A stretch of DNA of 64,000 nucleotides. It comes from an uncultured bacterium (GTDB taxonomy: Bacteria > Patescibacteriota > Minisyncoccia > Phycocordibacterales > PALSA-1337). Below are positions 61,825 through 64,000 of this stretch, one piece after another (position 1 is the stretch's first letter; each line of letters begins with the position of its first letter). A program made the translations under genes and the position numbers. Below the pieces are notes generated by a model, which was given only the letters and a program-made list of their open reading frames with translations, was not told the DNA's origin and did not search any database. The stretch spans positions 801,953 to 865,952 of the forward strand of contig OY969557.1 in the NCBI GenBank assembly GCA_963701025.1, written 5' to 3'.

Positions 61825-61886
61825 AAGCCTTGCACAATTGGGTATAATTGGGTACTATTAGGTAAAGCTAATAATAACCAATTAAT

Positions 61887-62978
61887 ATGCCTCAAGATAT
61901 GGATGAGAATCGCTTCAATAAGCGCATAAAAATCACTCCGGAGATTCTTTCCAAGATCGCCAAGATAGATGAATTCAAGGGACTATGGAAAGGAAGCATC
62001 AGTCTGAACCCGCAGATTCTGAAACGACTGAAGTCCACAGTCATTATCACCTCGACCGGCGCTTCGACCAGAATCGAAGGAGCAAAAATGAGCGATGAAG
62101 AGATCGCGCGCCTTTTGCGCGGATTAAAGTCCATACCCCCAAAGAATAGAGACGAGCAAGAAGTCGCCGGATATGCCGATCTCATAGGCCGAATGTTCGA
62201 TCATTATCGGGATTTGAAACTGACGGAGAACAATATCTTGCAATTCCACGATATTCTCTTGAACTATTCTGAAAAAGACAAGGACCATAAAGGCAAGTAT
62301 AAAGATCATGACAATGTGGTCGCGGCCATAAATGAAAAAGGCGAGAGCGTGGTCGTATTCAAAGCCACTCCGCCATATCTGGTAAAACCGGAAATGGAAG
62401 CGGCAGTCGCATGGACGACGGCTGAATTCGATAAGAAGGAATTACATCCAATCCTTGTCATTGCCAACTTTATTTTCGAGTTTTTGGCAATACACCCGTT
62501 CAATGACGGAAACGGGCGTCTTTCGCGTGCTCTTACTAATCTGCTTTTACTGCGGGCCGGTTATGCATATGTCCCATATGTCTCTCTCGATGAGATCATT
62601 GAGGATACCAAGGCTGAATATTATATGGCTCTGCACAAGACCCAGAATAATCACAAGACTGACCATGAAGACATTACGCTTTGGGTCAATTATCTGCTGG
62701 ATTCTCTTGTTGTCCATGCCAATAAGGCAAAGGCATTGATGGTGGGCGAACAGCCGGAGAAGCTTTTGGCCGAGAGCCAGGAAAAGATTTTGGAGCTCTT
62801 TACGCATGGCTATAGTTTGAGTATCTCTGATATAAAGCGAAAATTAGACGATGCGCCCAGAGAAGCTATAAAGAAGAACCTGGCGCGTCTGGTTAAACTC
62901 CGATTGCTTGAATTGATTGGTCGCGGCAGAGGCGCTCGATACAGAAAGTTTAAGTCAGACCAAAGAATGGGGAGCTGA
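61887..62978 (+). CDS. Fic-family protein with C-terminal HTH
   Basis: HPFNDGNGRLSR. Confidence 0.93.
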   Translation: MPQDMDENRFNKRIKITPEILSKIAKIDEFKGLWKGSISLNPQILKRLKSTVIITSTGASTRIEGAKMSDEEIARLLRGLKSIPPKNRDEQEVAGYADLIGRMFDHYRDLKLTENNILQFHDILLNYSEKDKDHKGKYKDHDNVVAAINEKGESVVVFKATPPYLVKPEMEAAVAWTTAEFDKKELHPILVIANFIFEFLAIHPFNDGNGRLSRALTNLLLLRAGYAYVPYVSLDEIIEDTKAEYYMALHKTQNNHKTDHEDITLWVNYLLDSLVVHANKAKALMVGEQPEKLLAESQEKILELFTHGYSLSISDIKRKLDDAPREAIKKNLARLVKLRLLELIGRGRGARYRKFKSDQRMGS

Positions 62979-63016
62979 AAGTTGCCTTTTACGGCGTTTC
63001 GTGTAAGATACCACCC

Positions 63017-63811
63017 ATGTTGTCATTGACCGTCGAACGGCGCGGAAAGGCCAAAAACGAGGTATTGAGGAAAGCCGGAGTCATGCCGGCGGTCTTTTAC
63101 GGTCCCAAAGAGACCACGACGCCGATCTCCATCCCCCTCGTCGAATTCAAGAAAGTCTGGAAAAAGGCTGGCGAATCGTCCGTTATCGTACTCAAGGAGG
63201 GTTCGGCCGAGCATGAAGCCCTCATCCACGAAGTCGATCGCCATCCCTTGACCGGCGAGCCGCGTCACGCCGATTTTTACGTCATCGAGAAAGGCAAGAA
63301 GGTCACCGTCCACGTGCCGCTCATATACGCGGGCGTCTCCCCGGCCGTGAAAGATAAAGGCGGCATTTTGGTCAAAGTGCACCGCGAAGTCGAAGTCGAA
63401 GCCGCTCCGAGAGATTTGCCGCACGAGCTCTCCGTCGATATCACCAAGCTTGTCGAATTGACCGACGTCATACACGCAAAAGATATCGCTCTGCCGAAAG
63501 GCGTCGATCTCAAGATCAATCCCGAGGAAGTCGTCACCTCTATCGCCGAGGCCAAGGAAGAAGTCGTCGAAGCCCCGGTCGCCATAGACATGTCAGCCAT
63601 CGAAGTCGAAGCCAAGGGCAAAGAGGCCAAGGAAGGTGAAGCGCCTGCCGGTGTCGCCACGGGCGCTACCGGATCCGCCGGAGGCGACGCGAAAGGATCG
63701 GCTACCGCCAAGGGCGGCACCGATGCCGGAAAGGGTGGTGCCGATGCCGGAAAATCCTCTGGAGGCAAGCCTGCGGGCGATGCCAAGAAAGGTCAAGAAG
63801 GGAAGAAATAA
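63017..63811 (+). CDS. rplY: 50S ribosomal protein bL25/CTC with low-complexity tail
   Basis: MPAVFYG, HADFY, VHVPL, GGILV; Gly/Ala/Lys-rich C-terminus. Confidence 0.93.
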   Translation: MLSLTVERRGKAKNEVLRKAGVMPAVFYGPKETTTPISIPLVEFKKVWKKAGESSVIVLKEGSAEHEALIHEVDRHPLTGEPRHADFYVIEKGKKVTVHVPLIYAGVSPAVKDKGGILVKVHREVEVEAAPRDLPHELSVDITKLVELTDVIHAKDIALPKGVDLKINPEEVVTSIAEAKEEVVEAPVAIDMSAIEVEAKGKEAKEGEAPAGVATGATGSAGGDAKGSATAKGGTDAGKGGADAGKSSGGKPAGDAKKGQEGKK

Positions 63812-64000
63812 GCCCGGCGTACGCCGGGTTTTTTAGTCAAAGTAGCGGATGCCGTTAGGATATAGCATTGACATTATCTCACCGTATCCGTTTCTTCGAT
63901 TGCAGATTTGTTTTGATATACGAGCTATCGTCGCAGAGCTCAGACCAGTAACATTGCTTACAAGTGCATATGGGGTTGCCATAGAAAGCATGTGAACCGC

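Overview
Bacterial chromosomal window with strong Patescibacteria/CPR (Parcubacteria-like) character; the taxonomy is inferred from the 16S features and gene content. It opens inside a 16S rRNA gene. That gene carries a group I intron (site ~S516) and a group II-like intron (site ~S1397), each encoding a LAGLIDADG endonuclease, plus a ~109-nt heptamer-repeat hairpin in helix 40. It has no anti-Shine-Dalgarno tail and no linked 23S. Next come IS30, two tRNAs and a small AT-rich islet. An atypical peptidoglycan/peptide cluster follows (MurD-like, PLP enzyme, LysW-like, Mpl/MurC-like, ATE-like, MraY, NlpC/P60-like, ATP-grasp). A complete diversity-generating retroelement sits inside it: target VR 18505-18629 and TR 19013-19137 differ at 20 positions, all TR adenines, and avd lies antisense and back-to-back with the RT across a G11 tract. 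The rest is an ~18-kb glycosyl/methyltransferase locus with Wzm/Wzt, then murB, secA, obgE, tgt, pfkB, fba, a pilin-LamG gene, fic and rplY. Best candidates for undescribed biology: (i) a family of complementary heptamer-repeat arms that bracket a second Avd-like four-helix-bundle gene and recur as empty hairpins in the 16S rRNA and in-frame in tgt; (ii) the inverted avd/RT architecture of the DGR; (iii) a pair of mutually complementary small RNAs upstream of murB; (iv) a 40-bp palindromic element found in-frame in two unrelated proteins. Single-base frameshifts in secA, mraY, the RT and a VirD4-like gene suggest indel sequencing errors, so pseudogene calls are unreliable.
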